A DNA stretch of 63,427 bases, the filler included, from Eubacteriales bacterium (GTDB taxonomy: Bacteria > Bacillota > Clostridia > Oscillospirales > CAG-382): assembly GCA_045636665.1 (NCBI GenBank). It is 5 parts of 5 records of this genome, joined end to end, with 100 filler letters (N's around TTAATTAATTAA, not from the genome) between each part and the next. Parts side by side here need not be neighbours in the genome. Positions count along the whole stretch, not along the records: positions 53,722 to 63,427 come from JAZTXY010000026.1; 4 more parts are not named here. One strand, given 5' to 3'. The translations under genes were made by a program, and so were the position numbers. This document shows positions 62,427 through 63,427 of this stretch, piece after piece (the first letter of the stretch is position 1; the number at the start of each line of letters is the position of its first letter). The notes under the pieces were generated by a model. The model ran no database searches. It saw only the letters and a program-made list of their open reading frames with translations, and was not told where the DNA came from.

Positions 62427-63262
62427 TTTTGCCCTCCGATAAATGCGTCAAGCACGTCGGCGGCATCCATTGCGTGTATAATACCGCGCGGCAAATTATG
62501 TCCGTCCTGCTCTAACTGATAAAGCAATTCGGTAACCTGAGGTACGGCGAGCGAAACCGATTTAAGCCTTTCGACCTCCGAAAAAATCTCCTTCGGTGTG
62601 CCGTCTGCAATAATTTCACCGCGGTTCATAACGATAATTCTGTCGGCCTCGACCGCTTCGTTCATATAGTGGGTAATGGTAACGACGGTAATGCCGATTT
62701 CTCTGTTAAGCCGTTTCATCGCCGCGACAATCTCTTTTCTGCCCGTAGGGTCGAGCATTGCGGTCGCTTCGTCAAAAACGATGCATTCGGGACTCATCGC
62801 AAGGATACCCGCGATTGCAATACGTTGCTTCTGTCCGCCCGAAAGCTTATGGGTGGAATGTCCTGCGTATTTCGTCATATCGACGGTTTTCAGCGCATCG
62901 TCAACGCGTTTGCGAATCTCCTCACGCGGAAGACCGAGATTTTCGGGAGCAAAAGCCACGTCCTCCTCGACAATACTTGCGACCAATTGGTTGTCGGGGT
63001 TTTGGAATACCATACCGCACTTTTTGCGGATGTCAAACGAGCAGTCCTCGTTTGCGGTGTCCATTCCGTCGACAAGTATTTGTCCCTCGGTCGGTTCAAT
63101 AATACCGCAAAGCAGCTTTGCAAGGGTGCTTTTGCCGCAGCCGTTATGACCGAGAATGGCAACGTAGCTGCCCTTTTCAATCTTAAGGTCGATGCCGTTT
63201 ATTACTTTGTCTTCTTCGGGCGAATAGTAAAATTCAACTCCGCGAGCTTCGATAAAAGACAT
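62423..63262 (-). CDS. ecfA1: ECF transporter ATPase 1
   Basis: GHNGCGKST, FQNPDNQLV, LSGGQKQR, DEATAMLDP; RBS GGAGG before ATG 63262. Confidence 0.95.
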   Translation of the reverse strand: MSFIEARGVEFYYSPEEDKVINGIDLKIEKGSYVAILGHNGCGKSTLAKLLCGIIEPTEGQILVDGMDTANEDCSFDIRKKCGMVFQNPDNQLVASIVEEDVAFAPENLGLPREEIRKRVDDALKTVDMTKYAGHSTHKLSGGQKQRIAIAGILAMSPECIVFDEATAMLDPTGRKEIVAAMKRLNREIGITVVTITHYMNEAVEADRIIVMNRGEIIADGTPKEIFSEVERLKSVSLAVPQVTELLYQLEQDGHNLPRGIIHAMDAADVLDAFIGGQK

Positions 63263-63339
63263 AAAATTCCTCCGGAACATGAGGTGATAGGTCGCTTCGC
63301 TCTCGTGAAAAATTCTTCGAATTTTCCCCGTTTTTTGTG

Positions 63340-63420
63340 AACATCGTGTGCTCGCGCCTCGCTGATTGCCCCACAAAACCTGTTTTGTGGGAACGCCAAA
63401 CGCTCGACACTCGCGATGTT
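63340..63420. repeat. imperfect palindromic element with CCCACAAAAC/GTTTTGTGGG core
   Basis: Outer arms AACATCG 63340-63346 and CGATGTT 63414-63420; inner hairpin 63370-63391. Confidence 0.6.
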
Positions 63421-63427
63421 ATAAGGT

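Overview
This window is five assembly contigs joined by artificial N44-TTAATTAATTAA-N44 linkers (9883-9982, 25916-26015, 41304-41403, 53622-53721). Gene content points to an anaerobic Clostridia (Bacillota) genome, probably a gut or rumen metagenome assembly (inference). Contig 1: end of ddh, a TPR protein, a pyr operon (pyrC with an internal stop, carB, pyrK, pyrD, pyrF, pyrE, and pyrB fused to a PyrI-type Zn domain; no carA or pyrR), then a truncated ZTP riboswitch. Contig 2: dacB-rluB-xseB-ispA, a ~633-nt OLE RNA missed by the ORF track, oapA, the 5' half of dxs, galE, lipoproteins, a YD-repeat protein, a GH27/DUF4855-like cluster and tRNA-Val. Contig 3: cmk-plsC-ispH/rpsA, dapF, a two-component system and lipoproteins. 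Contig 4: a >2100-aa dockerin/BspA-type LRR protein, a LexA-box-preceded orphan ArpU/RinA-like regulator, and dxs(3')-tlyA-nadK-argR-recN-vanZ. Its end overlaps the start of contig 2 by 25 bp, which restores the canonical OLE locus. Contig 5: ecfA1-ecfA2-ecfT-truA-DUF5711-cvpA-pgsA-like-clp, then a P-type ATPase homolog lacking its catalytic motifs. Best candidates for something new: the motif-less P-type ATPase, the SOS-controlled orphan phage-type activator with a structured leader, several palindromic intergenic elements, and the all-hydrophobic LRR strands. All calls come from motif recognition by eye; no searches were run.
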